This document shows positions 21,171 through 31,220 of a stretch of 60,452 bases of DNA, in pieces. Both the position numbers and the translations under genes were made by a program. The notes beneath the pieces were generated by a model. That model worked only from the letters and a program-made list of their open reading frames with translations, made no database searches and had not been told where the DNA came from. How positions within the stretch are numbered: the stretch's first letter is position 1; the number at the start of each line of letters is the position of its first letter. This DNA comes from Haloferula sp. (lineage in GTDB: Bacteria; Verrucomicrobiota; Verrucomicrobiia; Verrucomicrobiales; Akkermansiaceae), in contig SLAV01000084.1 of assembly GCA_007126655.1 (NCBI GenBank), forward strand, positions 1 to 60,452, read 5' to 3'.

Positions 21171-22106
21171 ATGAGGATCGACCGATTGCGAATTGCGGAT
21201 TCCGGCAGTCCGGCGGACGTGCTGGCATGGGAGGAGGGGGTGGAGTGGGAGCCGCCGGCGGGTGCGGTGGTGGTGGAAATGCGGGCCGCGCCGGTGAATC
21301 CGGCGGATTTGAACTGGATCGAGGGCTGCGGGGTGGTGGTGGATTCGCCGGTGGCGGATTTTTCGCCGGGCGACCTAGTGGTGCCGCTGGTGCGGGCGGG
21401 CACGTGGGCGAGCCACGTGGCGCTGGCGCCGGAGCGGCTGCTGAGGCTGCCGGACGGGATCGACGAGCGGCAGGCGGCGATGCTGAAGGTGAACCCGGCC
21501 ACGGCGTGGCGGCTGCTGCACGGGTTCCGCGCGCCGGAGCCGGGCGGGTGGGTGGTGCAGAACGCGGGGAATTCCGGGGTGGGGAGGTGCGTGATCCAAC
21601 TGGCGCGTGCGGCGGGCGTGCGGACGATCTCGATGGTGCGGAACCTGGAGCTGGCGGAGGAATTGCAGGCGCTCGGGGCGGATCATGTGCTGGCGGACGA
21701 CGGCGACGCGCCGGAGGCGGCGCTGGAGATCATGGGCGGGCGGCGGGCGGCGCTGGCGTGCAACGCGGTGGGCGGCGAGAGCGCGCTGCGGCTGATGAAC
21801 CTGCTGGCGGACGGCGCGACGCACGTGACCTACGGCGCGATGGCGCGCAGGCCGCTGAAGGTGCCGAACGGGATGTTGATTTTCCGGGACATCGCGGTGC
21901 GCGGATTGTGGGTGACGCGGTGGATCGAATCCGCCGGGGCGGACGAACTGCGCGAGGTGTATGGCGGGCTTGCGGCGCGGGTGGCGGAGGGCGGTCTGGA
22001 GCAGCCGGTTGATTCGTGTTACGCGCGGAAGGATTTCGCCGCGGCGATGGAACGGCAGCATGCGGAGGACCGGCGCGGGAAGGTGATGTTCGTTTCCGGC
22101 GGGTGA
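21171..22106 (+). CDS. MDR-family 2-enoyl thioester reductase (MECR/Etr1-like), apparently with an internal deletion
   Basis: AAPVNPADLN, AAMLKVNPATAW, QNAGNSGVG, NAVGG, VTYGAM. Confidence 0.85.
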   Translation: MRIDRLRIADSGSPADVLAWEEGVEWEPPAGAVVVEMRAAPVNPADLNWIEGCGVVVDSPVADFSPGDLVVPLVRAGTWASHVALAPERLLRLPDGIDERQAAMLKVNPATAWRLLHGFRAPEPGGWVVQNAGNSGVGRCVIQLARAAGVRTISMVRNLELAEELQALGADHVLADDGDAPEAALEIMGGRRAALACNAVGGESALRLMNLLADGATHVTYGAMARRPLKVPNGMLIFRDIAVRGLWVTRWIESAGADELREVYGGLAARVAEGGLEQPVDSCYARKDFAAAMERQHAEDRRGKVMFVSGG

Positions 22107-22115
22107 CAACCGGGA

Positions 22116-22499
22116 TCACTCCGGGCGGTTGCGCATGAAATCGGCGATCTGGTTGAAGAGCGCGTCGAGGAAATGGCGGGCGTGTGGAGGGACCCGGGTC
22201 TCGTCCATGGCCTCGCCCATGAGACTGAGCCAGCGGTCGCGCTCGGCGGCTCCGATGGAAAACGGCATGTGCCGCATGCGGAGGCGGGGGTGGCCACGCG
22301 TTTTGATGTAATCGTCGGACGCGCCGAGGCGGAAGAGCATGAATCCGGCGAGGCGTTCCTCGGCCCCCTCCCAGTCGTCCGCGGGGTACATCGGGCCGAT
22401 GAGGTCGTCGTTGCGGACGCGGCGGTAGAACGCGGCGACCATGGCGCGGACGCCGGATTCGCCGATGGCGTCGAGAACGTCTTGTTCGGTGGGGAGCAT
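22116..22499 (-). CDS. Group II truncated hemoglobin
   Basis: AIG...FYRRV...GPMYP...RGHPRLRMRHMPFSIG..ERDRWL; ATG at 22499. Confidence 0.9.
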   Translation of the reverse strand: MLPTEQDVLDAIGESGVRAMVAAFYRRVRNDDLIGPMYPADDWEGAEERLAGFMLFRLGASDDYIKTRGHPRLRMRHMPFSIGAAERDRWLSLMGEAMDETRVPPHARHFLDALFNQIADFMRNRPE

Positions 22500-22545
22500 G
22501 CGGCGATGTTGGGCTCGGGGAATCCGGATGTAAACCGGAAGGAGT

Positions 22546-25383
22546 TTACCCGCCGAGCGTGTGGATGGTGCCGTGGAGGGAGCGTTCGACGCGTTTGCCG
22601 CAGGTCGATTTGAATTCGAGGAGCAGTTCGTAGCTGTCGGTGGGGGCGAGGTCGGGAATTTCGACGGTGAGGGTGCGGTGATCTTCGCAGAGGGTGGTCT
22701 TGCCGACCGGGTGCTTCCTTTCATCGTGATGGCGCGATCCGTAGCGGCGGCTGCGGACGAGCTGCCAGGATCGGTAGGAGGCGGAGATTCCGGACGCCGC
22801 ATCCACGGGATCGCTGAGGACGACGGTGAGAGCGCCGGGGGTGGCGCGAACCTCGAGCGGGACATGGGCGGGGGCTTCCGGATTGTGGCGGATGCGATGG
22901 AAACCGCCGGGGGCGGTGACGTTGGCAGCCCACGCGTAGAGGCCGGAGACGTATAGCGCGCCGTCGTTGGCGAAGCGGCCGCGCATGATGCCGGTCTCGA
23001 AGGCGGGCAGGGGGAGTTCGACGACGGCTCCCTGGAACACTCCGTTGACTTCCTCGTATGGCACGGCGAAGACGCGGCCGGTGCCGTAGCTGAGGTTGAG
23101 GAGTGTGCCGCCGGCGGGGCCCCACAGGTTTTCCGGCACGCGGACGAGTTCGGCGGGGCTGCGGTCTTTGGCGTTGGTGATCCAGACGACGGGTGGCTCC
23201 ATGGCATCGTCGGACTCGTCGGTGATGTCGGTGTATGCCTGCATGTTGCCGTAGAATTTACCGGGACGGATGCGGTTGATGCGGTTTTTCGGGGTCCAGT
23301 ATCCCTCCTGGTCGGTGACCCAGAGGGTGCCGTCGTCGTCGCGGAAGATGCCATTCGGGGCGCGGAATCCCTTGGCGATGATGTCGGTGGACAAGCCGTC
23401 GGCGCTGACCTTGAGGAGGGTGCCGTGGTGGGGGAAGAGGGCGTCCTGAGCGTGGCGGGCGGCCTTGGCGTAGTAGAAGTTGCCGTCCTCGTCGGTTTGC
23501 AGGCCCATGGTGAATTCGTGGAAACTTTCGCTGAGCTGGTGGTCGTTGTTGAAGTTGGCGATGAAGTCGAATTCGCCGTTACCGTTGAGGTCGTCGAGGC
23601 GGACGATCTGGTCGAGGCAGAGGACGTAAAGCGCGCCGTCGCGGTAGCGGACGCCGAGCGGCTGGAAGAGACCGGTGGCAACGCGCCGCCAGGTGAGAGT
23701 GGCGGGTGCGGGTTCCTTGACGCCCTCGACGATCCAGACGTCGCCGTTCCAGGTGGCGACGGCGGCGGATTTGCCGTCGGGTGCGATATCGAATCCACCG
23801 GGCCGCATCCAACTGTTCCAAGGGTTGTTATCGGGGAGCGGGAAGGTATCGGCTTCGAATGGGCCATCGGCCTGGCTGGTGACGGAGGTGGTGGTGATTT
23901 CGGCGTCCCACCGGGGCGGGCCGCCTTGGGTTTTTGCGGCGAGATCGCGGACGGGAGGGAGGATCAGGTTTTCCAATGTGTCCGGACCGGCGGTGATGAG
24001 GAGGCGGGTGCGGGTTTCAGGGGCGAGGGTGGCGACCCAGAAGCCGTCGGATTTTTCCAGTGTGCCGTCTCCCTCGATGGCGGCGTATTGGTCGGCGGGG
24101 GCGACGCGGAGTTTGAGCGGCCGGTCTCCCGCGCCGATTTCCAGAGTGCGGGTGAAGACGGGGGTGCCCTCGTGCTCGATGAAGCCGGGGGATTCGAGAA
24201 CGCGGGTGCCGCCGACGGTGGCGGCGATGACGGGGATGTCGTGGCCGTGTTTGTAGAGTCCCTCGTAGCGGAGCCAGTCACCGGGGACGGGGCCGTAGGG
24301 GACGCCGTTGCGTCCGATCGGGCGCGGGTCGTCCCATGAGCCGTCGGGCGATGCCCAACCGGGTGAGATGGGCTGGATGAGGTGGTTCTCGCCGGTGAGG
24401 CGGACGTGGGTGCCGTGGCTGCCATCGAAGGCGATGTTGCGCCAGTCGATGAAGTCTCCGGTGGTGGCGGCGGCGAGGGTGAGGGTGTCGTGGTCGTAGA
24501 TCATCCACGCGCGGCCCTGGCTGACGCCGCCTTCGCCGGGGTCGAGCCGGATGGCGATGCCTTTGCGGGCGATGTGGTCGGGTGCGATCCCGAAGGTCCA
24601 GAACATGGCGGGGCCGAAGTCCATCTGGCGGTATGGATCGACCGGGCGCATGGATTTTTCGGGTGGGGCGGTGACTTTGCCCAGGGGGAGACCGTCGAGG
24701 TAGGCGTCGTCGATTTCGGTGAGTTGACCGGGGTTGCGGCGGCGAAGGAAGTGCCCGCGGATGTATTGGATGACGGCGTAGTGCTCGTAGGTGGTGAGCC
24801 AGGGTTGGGCGACCATCTGGCCGTAGCCGTCCCTCTGGGTGAGGAACATGGAGAGCGGGTCGGCTCCGTTTTGGAACTCGCCTTCGGCGAAGTCGAGGGC
24901 GGTGGGCAGGGAACCGGGCTGGTTGAGGGTGCCGTGGCAGACACGGCAGTCGCGCTCGTAGATGGTGCGTCCGTGCCGCATGGACTCGCGGTTCCACCGG
25001 CGGATGATCTCGGCGTGGCCGGTGGCTTCGATCGGCTGCACCCACGCGGTGAAGGCGGCGTTTTCCGGGAGGATGACCGGGCGCTCCGGCGCGGGGCCGG
25101 GATGTGATTCGGGACCGCGGACGAGATCATCGCCGGTCCAGTGGCGGAGGACGATTTTTTCTTCGTCATCCTCGTCGTGTTCGACGGCGATGTCGTGGCG
25201 GATGTCTGCGGCGAGCGGGATTTCGATGCCGGGGGCGACGCGGACCTTGCCGCCGGTATCGTGGAATTCGACGCGCAGGCGGTAATCGCGGGGGATTTCC
25301 GCGTCGGCGTCCCAGGCGGTGGCATTGCGCGGCATGGCGTGTGCCGTGCCGGCGAGAAGAAGGATCAAGAGGATAAACCGCAT
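22546..25383 (-). CDS. Secreted c-type heme (CxxCH) protein with a beta-propeller region (DUF6797-like, PVC type)
   Basis: Signal peptide, CRVCH, GLFQPLG, GFRAPNG, DQEGYWTP. Confidence 0.8.
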   Translation of the reverse strand: MRFILLILLLAGTAHAMPRNATAWDADAEIPRDYRLRVEFHDTGGKVRVAPGIEIPLAADIRHDIAVEHDEDDEEKIVLRHWTGDDLVRGPESHPGPAPERPVILPENAAFTAWVQPIEATGHAEIIRRWNRESMRHGRTIYERDCRVCHGTLNQPGSLPTALDFAEGEFQNGADPLSMFLTQRDGYGQMVAQPWLTTYEHYAVIQYIRGHFLRRRNPGQLTEIDDAYLDGLPLGKVTAPPEKSMRPVDPYRQMDFGPAMFWTFGIAPDHIARKGIAIRLDPGEGGVSQGRAWMIYDHDTLTLAAATTGDFIDWRNIAFDGSHGTHVRLTGENHLIQPISPGWASPDGSWDDPRPIGRNGVPYGPVPGDWLRYEGLYKHGHDIPVIAATVGGTRVLESPGFIEHEGTPVFTRTLEIGAGDRPLKLRVAPADQYAAIEGDGTLEKSDGFWVATLAPETRTRLLITAGPDTLENLILPPVRDLAAKTQGGPPRWDAEITTTSVTSQADGPFEADTFPLPDNNPWNSWMRPGGFDIAPDGKSAAVATWNGDVWIVEGVKEPAPATLTWRRVATGLFQPLGVRYRDGALYVLCLDQIVRLDDLNGNGEFDFIANFNNDHQLSESFHEFTMGLQTDEDGNFYYAKAARHAQDALFPHHGTLLKVSADGLSTDIIAKGFRAPNGIFRDDDGTLWVTDQEGYWTPKNRINRIRPGKFYGNMQAYTDITDESDDAMEPPVVWITNAKDRSPAELVRVPENLWGPAGGTLLNLSYGTGRVFAVPYEEVNGVFQGAVVELPLPAFETGIMRGRFANDGALYVSGLYAWAANVTAPGGFHRIRHNPEAPAHVPLEVRATPGALTVVLSDPVDAASGISASYRSWQLVRSRRYGSRHHDERKHPVGKTTLCEDHRTLTVEIPDLAPTDSYELLLEFKSTCGKRVERSLHGTIHTLGG

Positions 25384-25485
25384 CGATGGCAGCTTGATAC
25401 GGCGGACGCGCGGGATTTCTATGGAATTTCCCGGGGTTTTTTCGCCGCACGCGTGGTGGGAGCGTGATTCGCGGCCGTCGCGTGT

Positions 25486-26091
25486 TCAGAGTGCGGCGAT
25501 GGCGTCCATGATGCGGTTGGCGAGGGCGGCGTAGCCGTCCTTGCCGGAAGCGGCCTTGAGTTCCTCTGGGGTGAGGCGGATGGGCGGGCCGACGGTGACG
25601 GTGATGCGGGAGAAGCGGATGCGGGCGCTGCCGCGCGGCAGGGCCTCGAAGGCTCCGTGGATGCGGACCGGCTGGATGACGGCCCCGGATTTGGCGGCGA
25701 TGAGGCCGATGCCGGGGGCGGCGGTGCCGAGCGAGCCGTCGAACGAGCGCGCGCCCTCGGGGAAGACGAGCACGCGGTTGCCCTCGCGCAGTTTGCGGAT
25801 GATGGACTTGAGGCTGCGCATGTCCGGATTGTCCTGATCGACGGGGATGGCGTTCCACTGGTTGTAGAGCCATTTGAAGAAGCCGCGGAAGAGGCTTTTG
25901 CGGGCGAGGAAGACCATCTCGGTCTTGTAGAGGTTGCCGACGAGCGGCGGGTCGAGGTAGCTCTGGTGGTTCGAGGCGACGAGCACGGGGCCCTCGGTGA
26001 CAAGGTTTGCGCCGCCGATGACGCGCAGGCCGAAGACGGTGCGGAACGCGGAGCCGAAAAGCAGCCAGCCAAGCCAGTAGATGGTTCGCAT
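25486..26091 (-). CDS. plsC: 1-acyl-sn-glycerol-3-phosphate acyltransferase
   Basis: SNHQSYLDP, FPEGAR. Confidence 0.9.
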   Translation of the reverse strand: MRTIYWLGWLLFGSAFRTVFGLRVIGGANLVTEGPVLVASNHQSYLDPPLVGNLYKTEMVFLARKSLFRGFFKWLYNQWNAIPVDQDNPDMRSLKSIIRKLREGNRVLVFPEGARSFDGSLGTAAPGIGLIAAKSGAVIQPVRIHGAFEALPRGSARIRFSRITVTVGPPIRLTPEELKAASGKDGYAALANRIMDAIAAL

Positions 26092-26111
26092 GGTACGGGT
26101 GTGGGTGATTC

Positions 26112-26783
26112 TCAGGGTTCGACCGGTTGGTTCCAGCCCTGTTGTTTGAGGATGTCAATGGCGGCTTGGACGCCGGATTCGATGGTGTGGGCGGAATTGT
26201 CGAGCACGGCGGCTCCGGGGGCGACGACGAGGGGGGCGGTCTTGCGCTTGGAGTCGGCGGCGTCGCGGGTGGAGACCGAGTCGATCTCGCCCATGGCGCG
26301 GCGGCGTTTGGCGCGGACGGCCTCGTCGGCTGTGACGTAGATTTTGAACGGGGTGTCAGGGAAGACGACGGAGCCGATGTCGCGCCCTTCCATGACCACG
26401 GAGGTGCGGGCGAGGTAGTCGCGCTGGAGGGCGACGAGGCGCTCGCGGACCTCGGGGATGGCGGCGACGGTGGAGACGGCGGAGTTGACGGCCTCGGCGC
26501 GGAGGGCCTCGTCGCCGGGGTGGCGGCCGTCGATGAGGATGGTGGACGAGCTGCCGTCGCTGCCGCAGGTGATTTCGAGGGAATCGAGCATGCGGACGAC
26601 GGCCGGGGCGTCGGCGGGATCGATGCCGCGGTTGATGGCGGCCCAGGTGACGGCGCGGTACATGGCTCCTGAATTGACCATGACGAGGCCGAGGCGGCGG
26701 GCGAGTTCACGGGCGAGGGTGCTTTTGCCGGAGGCGGCGGGTCCGTCGATGGCGATGGCGTGGTGTGTGGGCGGCGGCGTCAT
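26112..26783 (-). CDS. cmk: Cytidylate kinase
   Basis: IAIDGPAASGKST, GAMYRA, EGRDIG. Confidence 0.96.
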   Translation of the reverse strand: MTPPPTHHAIAIDGPAASGKSTLARELARRLGLVMVNSGAMYRAVTWAAINRGIDPADAPAVVRMLDSLEITCGSDGSSSTILIDGRHPGDEALRAEAVNSAVSTVAAIPEVRERLVALQRDYLARTSVVMEGRDIGSVVFPDTPFKIYVTADEAVRAKRRRAMGEIDSVSTRDAADSKRKTAPLVVAPGAAVLDNSAHTIESGVQAAIDILKQQGWNQPVEP

Positions 26784-28132
26784 GCGGGTGTCCGGGTGGG
26801 GAGCTGGTATGCGGCGGGGTCGGTGAGGTGGTTTTGTACGGCGGCGAGGTGGGCGGCGAAGCCGGGGTATGAGGTGTGGATGCAGTCGGTGCCGGTGACG
26901 GTGGTTTCGCCATCGGCGAAGAGGCCGGCGATGGCGAAGGCCATGGCGATGCGGTGGTCGCCGTGGCTGTCGATGGCGGCGGCCCGGAGTGGCGCTCCAC
27001 CGCGGATCTCCATGCCGTCGTTGAATTCGGTGACGTCGGTGCCCATGAGGCGGAGGTTTTCCACGACGGTGGAGATGCGGTCGGTTTCCTTGACGCGGAG
27101 TTCGGCAGCGTTGCGGATGGTGGTGGTGCCGGTGGCGAGGGCTGCGGCGACGGCGATGACGGGGATTTCGTCGATGAGGTTGGGGATTTCGCGGAGCCGG
27201 AGGTCGGTGCCCCGGAGGGAAGCGCCGCGGATTTCGATGTCGCCGATGGGTTCGCCGTGAGTGGTGTGGGCGTGCTCCTGGATGGCGGCTCCCATGCGGG
27301 CGAGGACGTTGAGGATGGCCGTGCGGGTGGGGTTGAGGCCTACGTTGGTGACGCGCAGGGCGGCTCCGGGGATGGCGGCGGCGGCGACGAGCCAGAAGGC
27401 GGCGCTCGAGATGTCGCCTGGGACGGTGAGGTCGCAGGCGGCGGGGACGCGGCCGCCGTCGATGTGGATGGCGTGGCCGTCGCGGACGGCCGGGATGCCA
27501 AAGGTTTCGAAGAGCCGCTCAGTGTGGTCGCGCGTTTCGGCGGGCTGGATGGCGGTGGTGCGGCCGTCTGCGAAGAGGCCGGCGAGGAGCACGGTGCTTT
27601 TGACCTGCGCGCTGGCGACGGGGAGCGTGTAGCTGACGGGGCGCAGGGTGGCGGGGTGGATGTGGAGCGGGGCGCAGCCGGGTTTTTCGCCGCGGGTTTC
27701 GATGCGGGCGCCCATTTTGCCGAGCGGGGTCGTGATGCGGCCCATCGGGCGGGAGGAGAGCGAGGCGTCGCCGAAGAGGGAGGACTCGAACGGCTGGCCG
27801 GCGAGGACTCCGGCGAGCAGGCGCATGCCGGTGCCGGAGTTGCCGCAATCGACGGGTTCGGCGGGCGGTTGCAGCTTCATGGCGCGGCCCTCGATGCGGA
27901 GGTCGAGCGGGCCGTGACCGTCGAGCTCGCGGAGGATTTCGACGCCTGCACCGAGCGCGCGCATGGTGTTGAGGGTGTTCACGCAGTCCTCGCTGGGCAG
28001 GAAGTTGCGGATGGTGGTGGTGCCTTTGGCTAGGCCGCCGAGGATGGCGGCGCGGTGGGAGATGCTTTTGTCCCCCGGTACGCCGAAGGCGGCGTCGAGG
28101 GTGCGGATGGGGCGGACCTGGAGCTGTGACAT
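26780..28132 (-). CDS. aroA: 3-phosphoshikimate 1-carboxyvinyltransferase
   Basis: PGDKSISHR, GNSGT, SAQVKS, RVKETDR, DHRIAM; start MSQL at 28132. Confidence 0.97.
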   Translation of the reverse strand: MSQLQVRPIRTLDAAFGVPGDKSISHRAAILGGLAKGTTTIRNFLPSEDCVNTLNTMRALGAGVEILRELDGHGPLDLRIEGRAMKLQPPAEPVDCGNSGTGMRLLAGVLAGQPFESSLFGDASLSSRPMGRITTPLGKMGARIETRGEKPGCAPLHIHPATLRPVSYTLPVASAQVKSTVLLAGLFADGRTTAIQPAETRDHTERLFETFGIPAVRDGHAIHIDGGRVPAACDLTVPGDISSAAFWLVAAAAIPGAALRVTNVGLNPTRTAILNVLARMGAAIQEHAHTTHGEPIGDIEIRGASLRGTDLRLREIPNLIDEIPVIAVAAALATGTTTIRNAAELRVKETDRISTVVENLRLMGTDVTEFNDGMEIRGGAPLRAAAIDSHGDHRIAMAFAIAGLFADGETTVTGTDCIHTSYPGFAAHLAAVQNHLTDPAAYQLPTRTPA

Positions 28133-28173
28133 GCGGGAAAAATGCGGGATGGATGGCGGCTGGCGGCGCACTC

Positions 28174-29037
28174 TCAGTCGGCGATGCGGGCGGCGGCCCG
28201 CAGTTTTGCGGCGTGCCCGAGCCATTTGCGCACGGCTTCTTGATCCCCGGCTTCGAGCAAGGCAAGGATTTCGGTGAGGTCGGCGAGGGTTTCGCGCACC
28301 GGGTCGAGCAGTGCGGCGCGGTTTTCGGTGAGGATTTCGGCCCACATGGCGGGATCCCCGCCGGCTACGCGGGTGGTGTCCCGGAGTCCGCCGCCGCCGT
28401 AGGCTCCCTTTTCGGGTTGGCACAGCGCGACGCGGGCGGCGCTGGCGGCGATGACGTGTGGGAGGTGGCTGATGCGGGCGACGAGCGCGTCGTGGGCCGA
28501 GGCATCCATCCACGAGGTGCGGCAACCGAGGGAACGCCAGAACGCCTCGAGGCGGGCGGCTGCAGACGGCGGCGCGCCGCCGTCGTTGGTGAGGATGCAG
28601 GCGGCGTTTTCCATAAGCCCGGGTCTGGCGGCCTCGATGCCCTTGCGTTCGGAGCCGGCCATCGGGTGGCTGCCGATGAAACGGCCTTCGCGCCCGAGCA
28701 TGAGCGGGTCGAGATCGCGGTGGGGGGTGGATTTGACGCTGCCGACGTCGGTGACGGTGCAGGCTCCGGGCAGGCCGGCGTCGATGGCGGCGGCAAGCAG
28801 GCCGGGCATGGCCCCGACGGGGACGCAGAGAATGCACAGGTCCGCGCCGGCGACGCTCCGGCCGAGGGCGTCATGAGCTCGGTGGATGCCGAGTTCGCGG
28901 GCGCGGGCGGCGGTTTCAGGGCGGCGCGCCCAGAGGCGGATATCGGGCGCGGTTGGGAGTGCCTGGGCGGCGAGCGCGATGGAACCGCCGAGCAGGCCGC
29001 CGCCGAGAACCGCGATGCGTTGGAAATCTGACTGCAT
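28174..29037 (-). CDS. tyrA: Prephenate/arogenate dehydrogenase
   Basis: GGGLLGGS, TDVGSVK, HPMAGSE, SHLPH, RDTTRVA. Confidence 0.95.
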   Translation of the reverse strand: MQSDFQRIAVLGGGLLGGSIALAAQALPTAPDIRLWARRPETAARARELGIHRAHDALGRSVAGADLCILCVPVGAMPGLLAAAIDAGLPGACTVTDVGSVKSTPHRDLDPLMLGREGRFIGSHPMAGSERKGIEAARPGLMENAACILTNDGGAPPSAAARLEAFWRSLGCRTSWMDASAHDALVARISHLPHVIAASAARVALCQPEKGAYGGGGLRDTTRVAGGDPAMWAEILTENRAALLDPVRETLADLTEILALLEAGDQEAVRKWLGHAAKLRAAARIAD

Positions 29038-29132
29038 GGTGGAAACAAAACGACCGGACCCGCTGCACGCAGGGCCCGGTCGGGCGGGAGTCATGCGGGA
29101 TGCGGCAGGCCTGAACAACCGGCCGCAACCGG

Positions 29133-29591
29133 TCACGGGACGCGGAAGTATTTTTTCTCCGAAGGCGGGAAGGTCGGATCTTGGACCAAGGTGCCGCTGG
29201 GTATGTCACGCACATCGACAACCTTGTTGTTGTATGGGCTGAAGACGAAACCTTCTTTACCGGGCACCGGAGTGGCGAAGTCGTAATCTTCGCGCCGGAC
29301 GGGTTCGGGTGTGTCCGGGGTTTCGGGTGTTTCGCGCTGTGCGGTGGTTTCCGTGGTCTCGGAGGCCTGCTCCTGGCTGGCCTGTTGTTCTCTTTGTTCG
29401 CGTTCGCGGCGTTCGGCCTGCTCGCGCATGCGTTCACGCTGTTCCTCGATACTGCGCTGCTGTTGCGCGGGTGTGACGGTTTGATCGGGGGCCTGGCGTT
29501 GTTGCTGGCGCGGCGTGTCGGGAACCGGGTAGCAGGAAGCCAACAAGGCGATGCCGGCTGCGACGCATGGCAGGTAGGTCGGAAATTTCAT
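29133..29591 (-). CDS. Hypothetical lipoprotein
   Basis: LLASC lipobox, Q/E-rich linker, C-terminal PVPGKEGFVFSPY..VDVRDIPSG domain. Confidence 0.75.
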   Translation of the reverse strand: MKFPTYLPCVAAGIALLASCYPVPDTPRQQQRQAPDQTVTPAQQQRSIEEQRERMREQAERREREQREQQASQEQASETTETTAQRETPETPDTPEPVRREDYDFATPVPGKEGFVFSPYNNKVVDVRDIPSGTLVQDPTFPPSEKKYFRVP

Positions 29592-29708
29592 GATGTTTCG
29601 GCTGGCGTGGATGAGCGTGTTGTTTTGTGCGACGCGGACTCCGCGTGGCGGTGCTTATACTTGAATGTGTCGTGGAATGCGTCAAGCAGGCTATTTGCCA
29701 TTACCAAT

Positions 29709-31190
29709 TCAGCGCAGCGAGTTGAGGAAATCGTCTGCCGATTGGCGGTGTGCGTCCTGTTTTTCGGATGACATGCGTGTCCAGTTTCGGGCCATCATGG
29801 AAAGGCGCGGATTGCGGGTGAAGAAGTCATTGTGGTCGGCGATGAACGTCCAGAAGAGCCCGTCCCAGGTGGCGCACCACGGGGCTTTCGGTTCGTCGGA
29901 CATCTTGAGGATGTAATTCGACCCGGAGATGTAGGGTTTGGTGGTGAAAGTGCCGCCGTCGGCGAACTGTGACATCCCATACACGTTGGGGACCATGACC
30001 CAGTCGTAGGCATCGATGAAGAGTTCCATGAACCAGCGGTAGATGTCGTCGGGCCGGATGCGGCAGAGCAGCATGAAGTTGCCGAGGACCATGAGGCGCT
30101 CGATATGGTGGCACCATCCCTCGCGCAGGACCTGGCGAATGACGCGGTCGATGGGCGGGATGCCGGTGGTGGCGTCGTAGAAGGCGGCGGGCATGGGGCG
30201 GTTGTGCTTCCAGAAGTTGCCGTTGCGGATGGTGGTGCCGCGATGGCGGTAGATGCCGGCCATGAACTCGCGCCATCCAATGATCTGGCGGACGAAGCCT
30301 TCGAGCGAGTTGAGCGGGACGGAGGATCTTTTGCCGGCGGCGCGGATTGCGGCGTCGATAACGGCCTGCGGGTCGAGCAGGCCGATATTCAGCATCGGGG
30401 ACAAGGCGGAATGGTTGATGAACGCGTGGTCGCGCGAGATCGCGTCCTCGTAGATTCCGAATTCCCCGAAGCGTTCGGCGAGGAATTCATTGAGCCAAGC
30501 TTCGGCATCGTCGTGCGTGACGGCCCAGCGGAATTCACCGGTCTCGCCCGGGTGGTCAGGGAATTTCGATTCGACGTGCCCGACCGCGCGTTCAACCCAT
30601 TCGTTCGACGGAGCGGCGGGCGGGGATGGGACGGATGCGTTTTTCGGCAGCTTGCGCCGGTTTTCCGTGTCGTAGGACCATTTGCCACCGGTGGGTACGC
30701 CGTCCTTTTCGATGAGGATGTCCATCCGGAGTCGTTGTTTCTGGTAGAATTTCGCCATGAACGGTTTCCCGCGTCCGCCGATGTGGGATTCGAGAAAATC
30801 CTCCGGGGTGAGGAAATTCGGTGAAGGGTGGCGGTTGAGGGTGATGCCGCGGCTCTCGGCAAGGCTAGTGAGGCGCCGATGGACGATGTCGTCGGCGGGA
30901 TCGCAATAGTCGATGGTTTTCACTCCGGAAGGGATGACATCGTCGAGCCAGGCGGCACCATCGATGCCGGTTCCTCCCGGATTTTCGATGACGCTGGCTT
31001 TGGAAAGGCCGTCGGCGTAGGCGGCCATGGAAGCGCGGTGAAGCACGAGTTTCTGCTTGTGCATCGGCATCGGCCAGCGGGCATCGTTGCCAAAGAACAT
31101 GGGATCCTCGAGCAGCAGACAACGGCGTGACCGCGTGATCGCGGGGTGTTCCCTGAAAAGCTGGTGGGGGTAAACAAGGGAAACTCGCAT
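29709..31190 (-). CDS. Cryptochrome/photolyase, PhrB-related bacterial (6-4) photolyase clade
   Basis: HKQKLVLHRASM, GGKWSYD.ENR, EGFVRQIIGWRE, HHIERLM, DAYDWVMVPNV, KPYISGSNY. Confidence 0.92.
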   Translation of the reverse strand: MRVSLVYPHQLFREHPAITRSRRCLLLEDPMFFGNDARWPMPMHKQKLVLHRASMAAYADGLSKASVIENPGGTGIDGAAWLDDVIPSGVKTIDYCDPADDIVHRRLTSLAESRGITLNRHPSPNFLTPEDFLESHIGGRGKPFMAKFYQKQRLRMDILIEKDGVPTGGKWSYDTENRRKLPKNASVPSPPAAPSNEWVERAVGHVESKFPDHPGETGEFRWAVTHDDAEAWLNEFLAERFGEFGIYEDAISRDHAFINHSALSPMLNIGLLDPQAVIDAAIRAAGKRSSVPLNSLEGFVRQIIGWREFMAGIYRHRGTTIRNGNFWKHNRPMPAAFYDATTGIPPIDRVIRQVLREGWCHHIERLMVLGNFMLLCRIRPDDIYRWFMELFIDAYDWVMVPNVYGMSQFADGGTFTTKPYISGSNYILKMSDEPKAPWCATWDGLFWTFIADHNDFFTRNPRLSMMARNWTRMSSEKQDAHRQSADDFLNSLR

Positions 31191-31220
31191 GGGGTCTTCC
31201 GAGAGGGTTGGGTTTTCCCG

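Noticed and set aside
22116-23867. 583-aa globin fusion protein
   Set aside because: The upstream part is an off-frame overlap with the CxxCH gene; the globin starts at ATG 22499
26780-28837. 685-aa TyrA-AroA fusion
   Set aside because: tyrA has its own stop at 28174 in another frame; aroA starts at 28132
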